From Octopus vulgaris (taxonomy: Eukaryota): a stretch of 64,000 bases of DNA. The DNA lies in contig OX597823.1 in NCBI GenBank assembly GCA_951406725.2, positions 60,946,001 to 61,010,000 of the forward strand, written 5' to 3'. Shown in pieces: positions 14,206 through 27,535 of the stretch (within the stretch, counting starts at the first letter, position 1; each line of letters begins with the position of its first letter). Made by a program: the position numbers and the translations under genes. A model generated the notes under the pieces. That model saw only the letters and a list, made by a program, of their open reading frames with translations. It did not search any database and was not told the DNA's origin.

Positions 14206-14366
14206 ACAGTTTTGGTTAGTCGGAGATATTGAATCACTTGGGAGTTCATGGCAATTCAACAGATAGTTGGTATGTGATGTCAACAACTGCCATATGTTGT
14301 GTGACTCAATGAATAACTGTCTTCAATTCAACAGAGACTGATAAAGTGGTTAGCAACTAAAACTGT
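14206..14366. mobile_element. Decayed palindromic element, probable MITE
   Basis: Nested inverted matches ACAGTTTTGGTT/AACTAAAACTGT, AGTC/GACT, TTGAAT/ATTCAA, GAGT/ACTC, ATGGCA/TGCCAT. Confidence 0.4.
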
Positions 14367-14976
14367 TAGATTTCTCTTGATGTGTCATGTAAATATTCCC
14401 AAATTTCCCTATGTCCTGATATTTTCGAGGGGCATTTTTTCATACATGTAATACACACACATACACCTATGGGATTTTTTAATGTGTTTGTAAGGCTCTA
14501 ATGAAGTGACACACCTGTTAGAATACACTGCCATATCGTCAATATTATCTTCTATCTTTATCAACTATATTACTATTAATTCAGCTTTCACATACCTGTC
14601 ATTCACCACTGACATTCTCTCCTCTCTCTCTCTCAAAGTGTCCTCCATTAGTATAATCAGAAAATTTTAAAGAATGTAATTAATATTTCATCATATGGCT
14701 ATATATATCTAAGATGTAATTGTCAGTTCCTCCTAGATTTTCTATAGCTTTCTATCTGGATTTTTATTTCCAAATTCTTCTCTGGCAAGACATGGCTGCT
14801 GATGAAGTTCATAATATGCCTGTTTTAGGCAGCCTAAGAAATATTCATACCTGAAAACCTTTTTTTTTTTTTTTTTGTTTTTTTGATGACCACAATTTAT
14901 TAGAAGTGTAAATTTTGACAGAGAGCTGTTTGTGACTTTACCCTGCTACAAACTATATATTTGTTGTAGGCATTAA

Positions 14977-15195
14977 CCCTTTTGATACCAACCTACCAGA
15001 GGCCGTCCTTGATTCTATCGCACAAAATTCCTGTTTTAAAGTGACCTAAATTAAAACTTTTCATCAAAATATCAAGTTAATTTATGTACCTAGCACCAGC
15101 TTAATAATAACAGATGTCTTTCTAAATTCTTTATTATTTTCAAAATCAGTTGAAACAAATGCTGTGTCTTTCAACAGAAATATGGTAACAAAAAA
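14977..15195. mobile_element. piggyBac-type MITE, diverged, related to 16850-17069 in opposite orientation
   Basis: TTAA-CCCTTTTGATACC left end, degenerate GGTAACAAAAAA right end. Confidence 0.6.
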
Positions 15196-16849
15196 TTATT
15201 CACTGTTTTGGGGAAAGAAAAAAAAGGTTTGCTGACAACCTCCCCCAAAGGTACTGGCAATATTTGTGATGCAGTTTTATTTATTAAATACTGAAATTAG
15301 TCTATAGACTGGATTTGTCAAGAAGAACTCACAGGAACATGAAAGTTTCACCTGTTAAAAGGTATCTAGGAAGCTGTCAACTATTCAAAGTTAGTTTCAA
15401 AGCCTATAATGGAATATTAGTAAGTTAACTAATAAAATCAGCAGGTGTCAAGAATTGCTTGACTGTTAGAAATTGATCTAATTTCAATATTACCATCTCA
15501 CTCAGCTGAACAGTTTTACACCATATAATGGTTGCGGTATTGTCTACTGTTAATGTTTTCTTAAGAATATTTCATTTTATGATTAGGGCAACCAAAATAT
15601 TGAAGAGGATTATTTTCCTGCATATTTTGTATGGAATTCTGTGGATGACTTTCTTATACTTGTGTTTATATTGACTTTATATCTGGAGGAAAGGGGAGCA
15701 GAATAGGAAACAACCTCAATCAATGCAAGGTTAAATACAGCAAAACTTTGCTTATAACTGTTGATATGAAGTAATCAGAAATAAAATTGACATTGGTAGC
15801 AAAGGAATGCTGTATTTTTGTTTTGTTGCTGACATAGAAACTTGTACTATAAATAGATACTATGTTCATAGTCAAAATGTATCCCACAAAATTACACACA
15901 AAACATGAGATAGAAGGAAAAAAAACTTGCTTGGTCCCTGAGTGTTTGGTATGCAAAACTTAAAAGTTTAAAGACTGATTAAGAGAAAAAAAAAACACAA
16001 ATAAATTTTGAATGCATAAAAAAAAAATGTTAGAAAGGATCTTTAAAGAAAATATCCATGCTTAAACTATAAATACTTTGTTTTTCAATGACAACACAAC
16101 AATGTGTGCATCACTATACAAATTGAATAGTAAAATTTGAGTATAAACTTATTTAAACGGAATTGATTTTCATGAGAATTTTGTAAAAACGTGATTGTGT
16201 GATTTCCACAATGTTGATTTTACAGCAGGTGCACTTTTAAAGCCTATGCCATTAAAGTTTAAAGGTCAATTTTGAATTTACTTTTTGTTTTGATTATTAG
16301 ATACGGGGATTTGTTTACTGTATTTTTATACAACAATTACAATAAATCTCACTAAACTCTTTTTTCATCAGTGCATATTGTACACAGAAAATTTTTTTTT
16401 GTCTGGGATTTTATTATGATAAAATCACAACAATAAATAGTAATGGCTATAAATAAATATGGTACGTTAAAATAAGTTGTTTTCATTCTTAAATATCATT
16501 TTGCTGCATATGTGGATGGTTTTATATATCATTTTTCTTAGTTAATTCTGCATACCCTCAGTCAAAAGGCTAAAAATGGCAAAAAATAATATTTCATTTT
16601 TTACTTTTCCAAATTTTATCCCTAAAATTAAAAGCATTAAAATCAGAAGCATGCTAAAACTTAGCATGTTATATACATTTTTAAAATTTTTATATTCTTC
16701 ATTCTACTGTATTTTACAAAACGAGCCAACTTGCTGATACAGCATTGATTGGTATTATTATATTAATTTATTTTAATTGGTATATAATTTTCTGAGATAT
16801 ACATTGCTTGAGTTTGTCTTAAATCTTGAGACCTATGTAAATCTTTTAA

Positions 16850-17069
16850 CCCTTTCGTTACTGTATTTATTTTGAGATGCTTTGTGTTTCTTTCAATTAC
16901 TTTAAATATGATAAAGAAGTTAGTAAAATAACTTAGTTATCATTAAGCTAGTGTTAGGAACATGAATTGTGACTAAGGTTTGGTGGAAGATTTTAATTGA
17001 AAACTTATGAAAACAAGACATTTATACTCAGAATCAGAGCTGGTTTCAGCCAGGCTGGTAACGAAAGGG
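16850..17069. mobile_element. piggyBac-type MITE (220 bp)
   Basis: Perfect 12-bp TIR CCCTTTCGTTAC/GTAACGAAAGGG flanked by TTAA at 16846-16849 and 17070-17073. Confidence 0.9.
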
Positions 17070-17536
17070 TTAAACATTTCTCATACACACTCTTCTTTTT
17101 TACAAGCAATGTTCTCAAATATAAACTGATATATAGTAGTTGTTTTCACGACGCTATATCTTTAAACTTCTCTCAGCTCTTATCTATGTTGATCTTTACT
17201 CAGTTCATTCAAACTTAGTTATATATAGCAGTTTTGTAGGCTCTTAAAGTGTACACTCCTTAAAGTGGTTAAGTTGTGAATTCTACTCAGCTACATTGAA
17301 AAAGAATAGAACTTCCTGAAAATGAAACACAAGGTATAATGCTGCTGGTATTGACAGTAGAGGACTGAGTTATAACTTTGTAAGATAAGTAGCTGCAGGG
17401 ACTTTTGAGGCAGAGATGGAATAGACCATGGACATAATTTCCCTTCCAATTCAAGAAGCTCCCATTTCATATTTGGGTTTCCTTTATCGAGTATATTAAG
17501 AAACATCAAGACCAGTCTCTTAAAAGTAGTCTGTTC

Positions 17537-17584
<48 letters not shown>

Positions 17585-18399
17585 TCATTGGTTTGACAGG
17601 AGGTGGCCAGGCAGAAGACTGCACCATATTTCTGTGTCTGTTTTGGCATGGGTTGTGCTGGTGCCACATAAAAAGCATTCAGCCCACTCTCTGGGGTGGT
17701 CGGTGTTATGAAGGGCATTCAGCCATAAAAACCATGCTACACACATACACATACATATAGTGCACTGAATTTTATAGTAGACATCAAGAATAACCTGCAC
17801 AAATTAACCCTTTGAGATAGGATTAAGTGAGCTTATTGTTTAAATATTGTTTAAGGTGAAGAACTGTAATCAAAGCTGTTTCCCTTCATTTGTAATATAT
17901 ATTCAGACAAACCTTGCCTTTAACCACGTAGTTTAAGGTTCCATCTTACTGTATGGCACTTTGGGCAAGTAAGTGCCTTCTATTTTAACTTTGGGCTGAC
18001 GAATACTTTGAGAGTGAAATTGGTAGATAGAAGCCTGTTGTGTGTGTGTGTGTGTGTGAATATTTTTGTGTGTTTTCTGCATGGACAACTGTGTGTTATT
18101 TATTTCTTGTATGAGCCCGAATTCCATTTTCAACAAAGAAGAAAAAGCCAATTGCAGATTTGATGCCGATTGGTCTAAAACACCTGTTTCTCCAAATTGC
18201 TCAGCAATGTTGATGTGTCAAGATCAGAAGACTAAAGATGCTTATAAACTTGGTAAGATTTGATACCAGGAAGGGCATTTGGCTGTAAAATTCAACATTC
18301 ATAAGCCTTGGTCTAACATGAACAAAAGAAAAGAAAACAAAAAGACATGTAAAATTGCAGTTGATGTGATTGCACATACTTTTCTGTATTTATATATTC

Positions 18400-18625
18400 A
18401 CTCCTTTAGCATTTAAACCAGGCCATATCCAGCCAAAATATTCTATCTGTGTTATGTTCAAAACGGTCAGATCAAGCCTTTCACACCTGCCCTACAATTT
18501 TATTCAAAGCATATGCAATCACATCATCAAAATCTCAAAGTTACAAAATGATAAATAATTAAATGAAAATAATGTAAATAAACAAGCATTACATTTAACA
18601 GAATAATCTGAATGCTAAAAAGGTT
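18400..18625. mobile_element. Second piggyBac-like MITE family, copy 1
   Basis: CCTTTAGCATT...AATGCTAAAAAGGTTAA ends; interior similar to 48766-48982. Confidence 0.6.
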
Positions 18626-19675
18626 AAAATAAAAAAAAAACTGAATCCTGAAGAAGATAATTTCTAGCAGATGGAGGGTAACTAAAATAATGATTCTAAC
18701 CCCAAGGCAGCTATGGTTGAGCTCATCTAATGCATTCCATCCATGACTGTCTCGTCTCTTATTCAAATATTCAGGACCATATTATGCAATGTGTCATTGT
18801 TTTTTTAAGACAGAATATGATTGGAAAGAGATGTAGCTGTTATTTCTAGCATAAGAGCTGAAATATTTTATGATCACAGATGCAATTATCTTAAATTATT
18901 TATAAATCAGATAATATTGCCTATTTGATGCTTGTTGTGAATGAACATAACTGCAATTTAAAACTAAAACTTTATAACTGTGAATGTTCTAACAGTATAT
19001 GATATGTTAAATAAAGCTGGATATTTATTTACTAAGAAACTTCTGAAAAAGCAACTGTTTAAAAGGGGAAGAAAAAGTTATTTTTCTTCTTTTGTTTAGT
19101 GGTTATTGATACAAAGTGTTTTTACTTTCTAACTTCATTAGTTTTTTAGAGACCAGCATGGACATTTGAGCAATCGGTCTCAAACAAACCAGACCCCCAG
19201 CACACACACACACATATCCATATCCAAAATACATGCATTCACTATATATTTGAAGATGTGAATGAACTATAATAATTTTAGTGTATATGTTTCATCAATA
19301 TATATGTATCCAGGTATGAAACCTTATGATTTGGTTGGTGAATGTGAGGTATAGTGGTATCATTGCACAAAGTTTCTGAGAGCAATAACATAGGACTGGA
19401 AGTAACTGTAAAATAGTACGAATAGTAACTCCAATGAAGATAGAACCATAACCTGTACTTGTGGCATTTGCAGAACAGTAACAAAGAAATGACACATGCA
19501 TTGACATTGTTTGATATATATCCAATGGAATACATCTCTAAATTCTTATCGTATGAGAATATTATTGGATTTATTTATTAACTGTTGAATAACTCATTTG
19601 AAATACCTAACTGAGAGCGAACTAATTAATGTTTGGAGTAATCCCTTACTATTTACAAATATATATACACACGTG

Positions 19676-19708
<33 letters not shown>

Positions 19709-22700
19709 GAGACTACTGTGGAATGCAGCATCACTTATGCTTATGGGAATCAGTCAACTGGTGTCACGTGAAAGAAGATATTGGGATTCTCACCATAGCT
19801 GATGCTTTGAAAGTAGAAAAAAATAATAAAAATGTTTCTATATATTCAATATAAAAAAATACAAAAAATAAAATGTTGGTTCCAATAATGATATTCAGAA
19901 AGATAAGTCGGGCTCAGAATAACCATTTAATAAATGAAAAAAAAGAGGTAAAGAAAAATGCGTTTTAAATGTAATCTTGTAGTAAAGCTTATTTGTAAAT
20001 ATTCAAAAATTGATTGATAAACTCATTGATTCTTTCATCTATTGTCACTTCAGAAGACTAAGTTGCTACTCATTTGCAGCTGTATAACGATGGATAAATG
20101 TTTTATCTAAAACTAGATCATATTATGAAATGGATTCTTAGCCCATATGAAAATTGAATATTATACATGAGAGTAGATTAAGTGTATGTAGTGCTCTTAG
20201 CAAAATGTTACATTTTTATTTCATTTTAATTGAAAAAAAGATTAACTATAGGAAGATAGAAACTAGTCTTCTACTATACCTACAAGCCATCATCAAGACA
20301 TTTGCTATATTTTATTTATCATCTTTTTGTTTTTTGTTTTTGTTTTGTCTAAAAAGTTTATCTATTTATATTTTGCCTATATAGATTTAGAAATTTCATC
20401 CTTGTTTGTGTTAACATTAGAAATGATATTTGGTTTATCTAGTGAACAACGCTGACACTGATTATAAAGATCATAATTGGCAAAGAAATTGCAGTGTTCT
20501 TAGAGGAATTTTGAGATGATCTAACGACAACAAATCAAAATATTATTTGATAATTATCTTAACTATTACTACAGAGCTCCGTTATTAGTGGATGGATGAA
20601 GATTGCTTAGCTTTTTTAAAAAACAAAAACAAAAAAATAGTCATCTCTTTTTTTCCATAAATAACTGTTCATTTATTTAGCTATATAGCTAGATAGTGTA
20701 TATATTTATAAGATCAATATCACTAAAATTAGAAAAGGCTGTTGCTGGGGCAAAAATAATTCACTTGCTATATTTGACTGGCACTGCTCCATAAGAATAC
20801 CATTTGTTTTGAAATTTACAAAACTACTTAGAGTTTATTTTGAATATGTATTTCATTGATTAAAAAGATATTAGACATTCTTAGAAGATATTTCAATATG
20901 TATGGGACAGGGGTGAAGTGTGGAGAAAAATATTCATTTAACGACCTTGAAAAAGTAATTTGCAAGTAAGAATACTTTATATTTGAACTGAAATTTTTAT
21001 AATATTCAGAATACTACTTCTTTGCATTGTAAATTGTATAAATGGTATTTTTTATCATTATTATTTTTATTTATTTTTAGGAGAGCTGCAATAGCTGAGG
21101 GGTTTAGTGATTCCTTTGCTACTACTGACATTACTATTATGTGTCCATTTAGCTCTTAGTTGGTGCCGCAAGTTGTATAATTAATTCACTGCTGCAGGGC
21201 AGAATCAGCACTTCTTTTTAGCTTGCTGTACTCAACTGAGCTAATTACCACCCACAGAAAAAGCTACCTGCAATAGACAGCCTTCTGCTTCTCTTTTATC
21301 AGCTATCAGTTCTTGTAAATTCTGAAAATGAACAGTCATTTAGTATTTTCTTTACGGTGTCTACTAAACCTTAGCAAACAAAGCCTATTATAAGTAAGCA
21401 TACAAAGAATAAATCAGTCTTAGACTTGAAAATGGTTTTAGCTTGTTTTTGTTTGTTTACCAATTCTGATGATTTTAGAATTTAATCTAATTAGATTTAG
21501 AAATATTTCAAAATAATCCCTTATGTGTGTTAAAAACGTCTAAACAGTTAGATAAAAAAAAATCAAGCTCTTAGATTAATATTAAAACATAAAGAGACAA
21601 TTTATGATATTTATAACATCGATTGTTGTTACTAACATACATAAAGATATAATCTGTTCTAGTTTTGCATTATACACTATTTAAATGTGAGCTTAAATGA
21701 TATTTATGAAAATATATAGTGCAAGTTTTCTTTTATCTGTTGTATCTAAATTCCTTTGGGTTAATTTAGATCTGCATAATTTCCTCCTGTTTATTTTTAA
21801 AATCAATTTTTGTAACTGATTCCACACATTAATCTATTCTGCTCTGATTTCTTTATATTTTCTCCTTGTTTGCAATAAATTATTGCCAATTTAATTAAAA
21901 TAGATTTCAAACATAATTTTAAATAAATAATGAAAAATATGGAAATGTGTTCAGATATTTTTGTTTTGTGTAAAGTACCTATCAACTTTTGGAAGTTAGG
22001 TAGCATTTTATTCAAGTTTATCTTTTAATTTAATTCAACTAAATTTAGAATGAAGGGGGGAAAATAAAGAAAACAAAAATTTGATGTAATCAAGCAAAGT
22101 GAATAATTCAATTAAACAATTTATTGCCTTAGATTGTAACTAATTAGGTGGTTTTAAAATAGTTATTGAGTATATTCATACTGAGTAACAGAGAATAATT
22201 ATTTCAGTTTTCAGCAAGGGAGTTGTAGATTAATCAAGAGAGACAGATAAAGAGGGAGAAATGAACCCTATATAACATGCAAAATGTTAGTTAATCTTAC
22301 TACAAGCTGTAAAAATTAACCAAGCGTGATGCCAGTGGTAGTGAGTTCCACAACTCCGTAAGTTTCTGATGTGTAACTGAAGTTTTATCTTCATGTAGTA
22401 TACTCAGGGCAAGCCAGTCTGGCAGAGTATATACCAATACACTCTATCAGAGTGTAGTTCTTGCATGAAGTACATGGTGGATTCATTAATTTTACAGTAC
22501 TCCCATTACTTCCAACAATAAGCTTTACATTATGTTGAGAATTCTTTAAAGCATGCTATTAATTCTATTAGCTGTATATTTCCTACTCTTAAGTGTGTGA
22601 GAACTAACTAGCCCTTTTCTATATGAGACTTGCCTATTGCAAATGAACTGGTACCTGTTTAACTAAACTAAGCTATACGGCTATGTCTAACAACACAAAC

Positions 22701-22890
22701 CCTTCAGTGCAATGCAAACTTAGACGCAACGCAATGCAAACAGTCTGAAAGCATTTCTGATACAAGCTCTCATCAATGGTGAATTTATATAACTGTTTGA
22801 AATTATTGAGCAAATTGTTGTAATATTATATATTGTTAAATATATAAATATCTGAAACAAGTTGTTATTGTTAATAAAATTACATTTTGG

Positions 22891-23309
22891 ACTCTCTTTT
22901 ACTCTCTTTTACTTGTTTCAGTCATTTGACTGCGGCCATGCTGGAGCACCGCCTTTAGTCGAGCAACTCGACCCCGGGACTTATTCTTTTTGTAAGCCCA
23001 GTACTTATTCTATCGGTCTCTTTTTGCCGAACTGCTAAGTGACGGGGACGTAAACACACCAGCATCGGTTGTCAAGCAATGCTTGGGGAACAATCACAGA
23101 CACACAAACACACACACATACATATATATATATATATGCATATATACGACAGGCTTCTTTCAGTTTCCGTCTACCAAATCCACTCACAGGCATTGGTCGG
23201 CCCGGGGCTATGGCAGAAGACACTTGCCCAAGATGCCACGCAGTGGGACTGAACCCGGAAACATGTGGTTGGTTAGCAAGCTACTTACCACACAGCTACT
23301 CCTGCGCCT
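22891..23309 (-). mobile_element. Young full-length SINE family A
   Basis: CpG-retaining copy near-identical to 9258-9655 and 2371-2765. Confidence 0.92.
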
Positions 23310-23960
23310 ATCGTTCACATCGTTTTTAGAAATGAGTGAATTTTTCAAAATTTACGTATATACTCTATAATTTTGCTACTCAGAGGTATAAAATACTGAG
23401 TATTAGTGATTGCAAATCAAAGCAAAAGATCTATATTTGTTTAATTTTCTTTCTTATTTTTGGTAATATTTTGAATATTTGGGAGAAAGAGCTGGCTGCT
23501 TTCTACTTAATTTAATTGGTTTTATTTTATTTTTTGTATACTTAAAAAACAGTCTTTCTCTAGTATTCTAAACTGTATCAGAATACCACCTTTCAATTAA
23601 TGCTTAATCATGTAATGTAGATAGAATTCATTAGATGATGATGATGATCATTATCATCATCATCATCTTTGATGTTTTGAACTTTTGTTTTTTTTTATTT
23701 CTGTGAGTAGCGGTGTGACCAGTACAATTGTACTCATGACCTTCTTTCTCTCAGCCTATCTATCATTTATCTATCACATGTTTGATATTGATTTTATAAG
23801 TATTCCATTTTTAAATTTCCTCAGTACACAAATTCTCTCCCATGAATAAATGTAATTATCACTTGAAGAATTTTTGTTGAAATGCACTATTTAAATAACT
23901 CATTTTTGCCCCTTGACAAATACTGGTGATTTCATATTAATTAATAATTAGTTCAGTAGA

Positions 23961-24022
23961 CTTAATAATATACGTAATATCTTACTTTAATTTTTTTTTT
24001 TTTTTATTTTCTTTAGGTAAGT
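23961..24022 (+). promoter_or_regulatory. Candidate recursive splice site (3'SS immediately followed by a consensus 5'SS)
   Basis: AG-free zone 23961-24014 with TTAAT branch-like motifs and long poly-T, then CTTTAG (AG 24015-24016) | GTAAGT (24017-24022). Confidence 0.7.
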
Positions 24023-24104
24023 CGAGAACTTTTCAAGATTCATAGCTTAAATGGATTACGTAACTTCTCAAAATGTTTTGTTTTGGAGATCATGCCTTGT
24101 GAAG
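24017..24104 (+). other. Candidate 88-nt RS-exon / cassette exon
   Basis: Bounded by acceptor AG 24016 and donor AAG|GTAAGG at 24105; one frame open (VSRELFKIHSLNGLRNFSKCFVLEIMPCE), other two have early stops. Confidence 0.6.
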
Positions 24105-24719
24105 GTAAGGAGGTCCTTTCTGCCTCTGTCAAACATTCAATACTGTCTCACATTTACAATATTACATACACTATCTTCTAGATTATCTTAACATAGTTAT
24201 ATGCTTTATATATGTTAATGACTTTTGAAATTATTAATAAAAATTAGAAAAGAAAATTTCCTTGTTTTGTGTTTTTGCAGTCATGAATATCTTGGTGACT
24301 GACAGGCTCACACCTGATATTAAAATAAGAAGCTTTTCAAATCAAAAATAGCATTATAAATATAAAACTTCTACTTTTTTTTGTGTTAGAATACATATGT
24401 GCTCTATTTTTACTATTTCTCAGCCATCAATGCAAACAATGTGAATATGTTATTTCCATATACTTTCTCTATGTGTTTCTTATAAAAGCCATCGTTTTGT
24501 GTAACTTTGAGAAAGTGTGTGAATCGTAACATAATCACCATAAAAGTTGAAATGCTGGTGACAAAAAAATAAAAGAAGAAAGAAAGCTGAGAAGTAGTTT
24601 TATTATGAAAAACATATTAGGCAGAGTTGTATGGTGGCAGGGTGGGGTAAGGGGCACCAAGTCATATATAAGAAAACTCTTCCTTTAGTGAATACTATCA
24701 AAAAGTCAGACATAGTTTT

Positions 24720-24900
24720 ATACACTGGAGAAGTTACAGTAAACAAAGCTATAAAGAAGATGAAAATGGTAAAGCCATTGGCAGGGCCATTAACTGGCAT
24801 TGTTAAATTGGACCAAAAAAGAAAATAGAAAAACAACACCTTCAGGATAGGTAAACTAAGCAAGTAATTCACGAGGGTGTTATCCCCAATGTCTGACAAG
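24720..24900 (+). pseudogene. LINE (RTE-like) reverse-transcriptase remnant
   Basis: EVTVNKAIKKMK/NGKA..AGP..GIV and EGVIPNV match the K AIK.MK.GKA.GP.GI...IP.DW pattern at the start of LINE RT domains; frameshifted. Confidence 0.6.
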
Positions 24901-24945
24901 TTGCTTTCATTATAAATTTATAATAGTAAGAATTATACTCTAGAG

Positions 24946-25281
24946 CAGTGGTTCTCAACTGGAGGCCCCTGAGGGTCCATATAAGATTTTTGGGGGTCTA
25001 TGCAACAAAATAGTAAATTGTGGATCCACAGTAGTTTTTTGAGGGCCCCTGAAAAAATTTTGCGTTAAATATATGTATTGGTATGTGCTGCAAAAAACAG
25101 GTCCCTTTCTCTAACATTTTACATAGATTAACCTACACAAGTTAATGTGTGAAAAACAAAATAGAATTTTGGAAGAAGTTTCTATAAAACAACTTTTTAA
25201 ACATTAAATGGTTATGGGGATCCACCAGAATAAAATAGTAATCAAAGTGGTCCATGGATAAAAAATGCTTGAGAATCCCTG
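24946..25281. mobile_element. hAT-Charlie-type MITE (336 bp)
   Basis: TIRs CAGTGGTTCTCAA / TTGAGAATCCCTG with 8-bp TSD CTCTAGAG (24938-24945) / CACTAGAG (25282-25289). Confidence 0.85.
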
Positions 25282-25905
25282 CACTAGAGAGTGTGAGAGT
25301 GATGTAAGAAATGATTGAGTAATGAAGGCAGTAAAACAGTTAGTTCTTAGTGGAACTTGTTTAAGCCAATTAATAAAAACTACATGCAGGTTTCTTTGAG
25401 ACGAAGAATACAGATGCATTGTTCTTTGCAAAATAGTTGGTGTTGAGGACAAAATTAATCCTTCTTTGGTTTAATTTAAATTTCTGACACAGTTGTTTTA
25501 AGTGGTAGTCATAGAAAAACTACAGGTAAAAATGACAGAGATCATTTAAAAGCAGAATATAAAATCTTCTAACTTATAAGCAATATGCCATAGAATATTT
25601 CAAGTTCAAATATGTGTGTGTGTATGCGTGTATTTATATATATATATACATACATATATATATATATATACACACACAGACACACATATGCCTACACACA
25701 CACAAACCCTACTGCCCTTTCTACCCTGTCTTCTCTCTTTCTCACTAGCCCTTTACATTTCTCCTCTTCTTTTCCCTGTCCCCTTCTATACTCCCCCTCC
25801 CAAAAGTGTCTGTTTTGTTACTCTCTCCCCTATTTTCCTCTCATAACAATGAAGCTGTTATTTTCATCTTATTTCACCTGCCATCTCTTCACCTAAAATC
25901 ATTGC

Positions 25906-25907
<2 letters not shown>

Positions 25908-25979
<72 letters not shown>
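25908..25979. repeat. Perfect (CT)n microsatellite
   Basis: About 70 bp uninterrupted CT run. Confidence 0.97.
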
Positions 25980-25983
<4 letters not shown>

Positions 25984-26494
25984 CTATTCTCCTTTAAGCT
26001 GTGTTGGTTCTTTAGTTTTGCCTAGTTCCAAGATGATCAGTTTAGTGTTAGTCTCCCACGAATAAGTGCACGCCCAGTACCCTCTAAAATATCTGGTGTT
26101 GGAACAGGCATCCAGCCATTGAAACCATCATTGAAACCATGCCAAAACTACATACAACCTGTGAAGCATAACATTGTCCTTTGAAATGTCCAATCTATGT
26201 CAGCATAGAAGGTGGACATAAAATGATGGCTGGGGCACCACCACCACACACACACTGGTTATTTTACTTTTATTCTTCAGTCCAAAATGCATTTCGCAAA
26301 TCCTGATGGATCTTCTTTCCTCCATTCACCCTTCATCAACTTGATTCCAACTCCTCTAACATATTCAGTAAATCTTAATGTTTTTTTTTTTTGCTGATTC
26401 ATTCCAACATGCACATTAGTTTGATAATTTAATAGACAACCTTCTTTGTTAATGTTACTAAACCAAGAAGCCTTCTCTTCAGCTTAGCCAGTTT

Positions 26495-26877
26495 AAAGGC
26501 ACCATTTGAGTATGATCACTACCAGCATCGCCTTACTGGCACTTGTGCCCGTGCTAGTAGGGTGCCAAGAGCACCATCCAAGCGTGATCGTTGCCAGAGT
26601 GACTAACTGGCTTCCATGCCAGTGGCACATAAAAGGGACTATTCGAACATGATTGTTACCAGCGTCGCCTTACTGGTACCTGTGCCAGTGGCACGTAAAA
26701 AGCACCCACTACACTCTCAGAGTGGTTGGCGTTAGGAAGGGCATCAAGCTGTAGAAACTCTGCCAGATCAAGATTGGAGCCTGGTGCAGCCATCTGGTTC
26801 GCCAGCCCTCAGTCAAAATCGTCCAACCCATGCTAACATGGAAAGCGGACATTAAACGATGATGATGATGATGATGA
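26495..26877 (+). mobile_element. SINE family C: internal tandem units, V-domain-like block, (GAT)n tail
   Basis: Repeated CCTTACTGGCAC/GCCAGTGGCAC units, GGCGTTAGGAAGGGCATC block, ...GGACATTAAACGATGATGAT tail; relatives at 30857-31152, 17580-17740, 8860-8980, 45476-45545. Confidence 0.75.
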
Positions 26878-27143
26878 CACAGTTTTGTGAACTATATAAT
26901 CACTTGCCAACTGTATAAACATTTAGTATGTTAGTCAATCTGTAGCTTCCTTTGCCAATAAGGGGGTAAAAAAAGAAAAACAGTCCTGCTACAGGCACAA
27001 GGCCTAAAATTTGCAGGGAACAAGCTAGTTGATTACATTGACCCTACTGCTCAACTAGTACTTATTTCATTGTCTGAAAAGATGACAGGCAAAGTTGACT
27101 TTGATGGAATTTGAACTCAGGATCCAAAGTTGAAGTCCGGTAT

Positions 27144-27535
27144 ACTCTTTTACTTGTTTCAGTCATTTGACTGCAGCCATGCTGGAGCACTGCCTTTAGT
27201 CGAACAAAATGACTCCAGGTGTTATTCTTTGTAAGCCTAGTACTTATTCCATCGGTCCCTTTTGCCAAACCACTAGGTTATGGGTATGTAAACACACCAA
27301 CATCCTTTGTCAAACAATAGTGGTGGGGACAAACACAGACACATAAATACATACATACATATATATATATATAACAGGTTTCCTTCAGTTTCCGTCTACT
27401 AAATCCACTCATAAGGCTTTGGTCGGCCCAAGGTTATAGTAGAAGACACTTACCCAAGGTGCCCTGCAGTAGGACTAAACCCGGAACCATGTGGTTGGGA
27501 AGCAAGCTTCTTACCACACAGCCACTCCTGTGCCT
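27144..27535 (-). mobile_element. SINE family A inserted into a family B SINE (26990-27140 + 27560-27590)
   Basis: Full family A sequence; family B blocks on both sides. Confidence 0.85.

Noticed and set aside
21155-21175. TTGGTGCCGCAAG resembling miR-252 3' half
   Set aside because: Seed absent and no precursor hairpin
26495-26700. Regularly spaced repeats as a CRISPR array
   Set aside because: Eukaryotic context; degenerate internal units of a SINE; no cas genes
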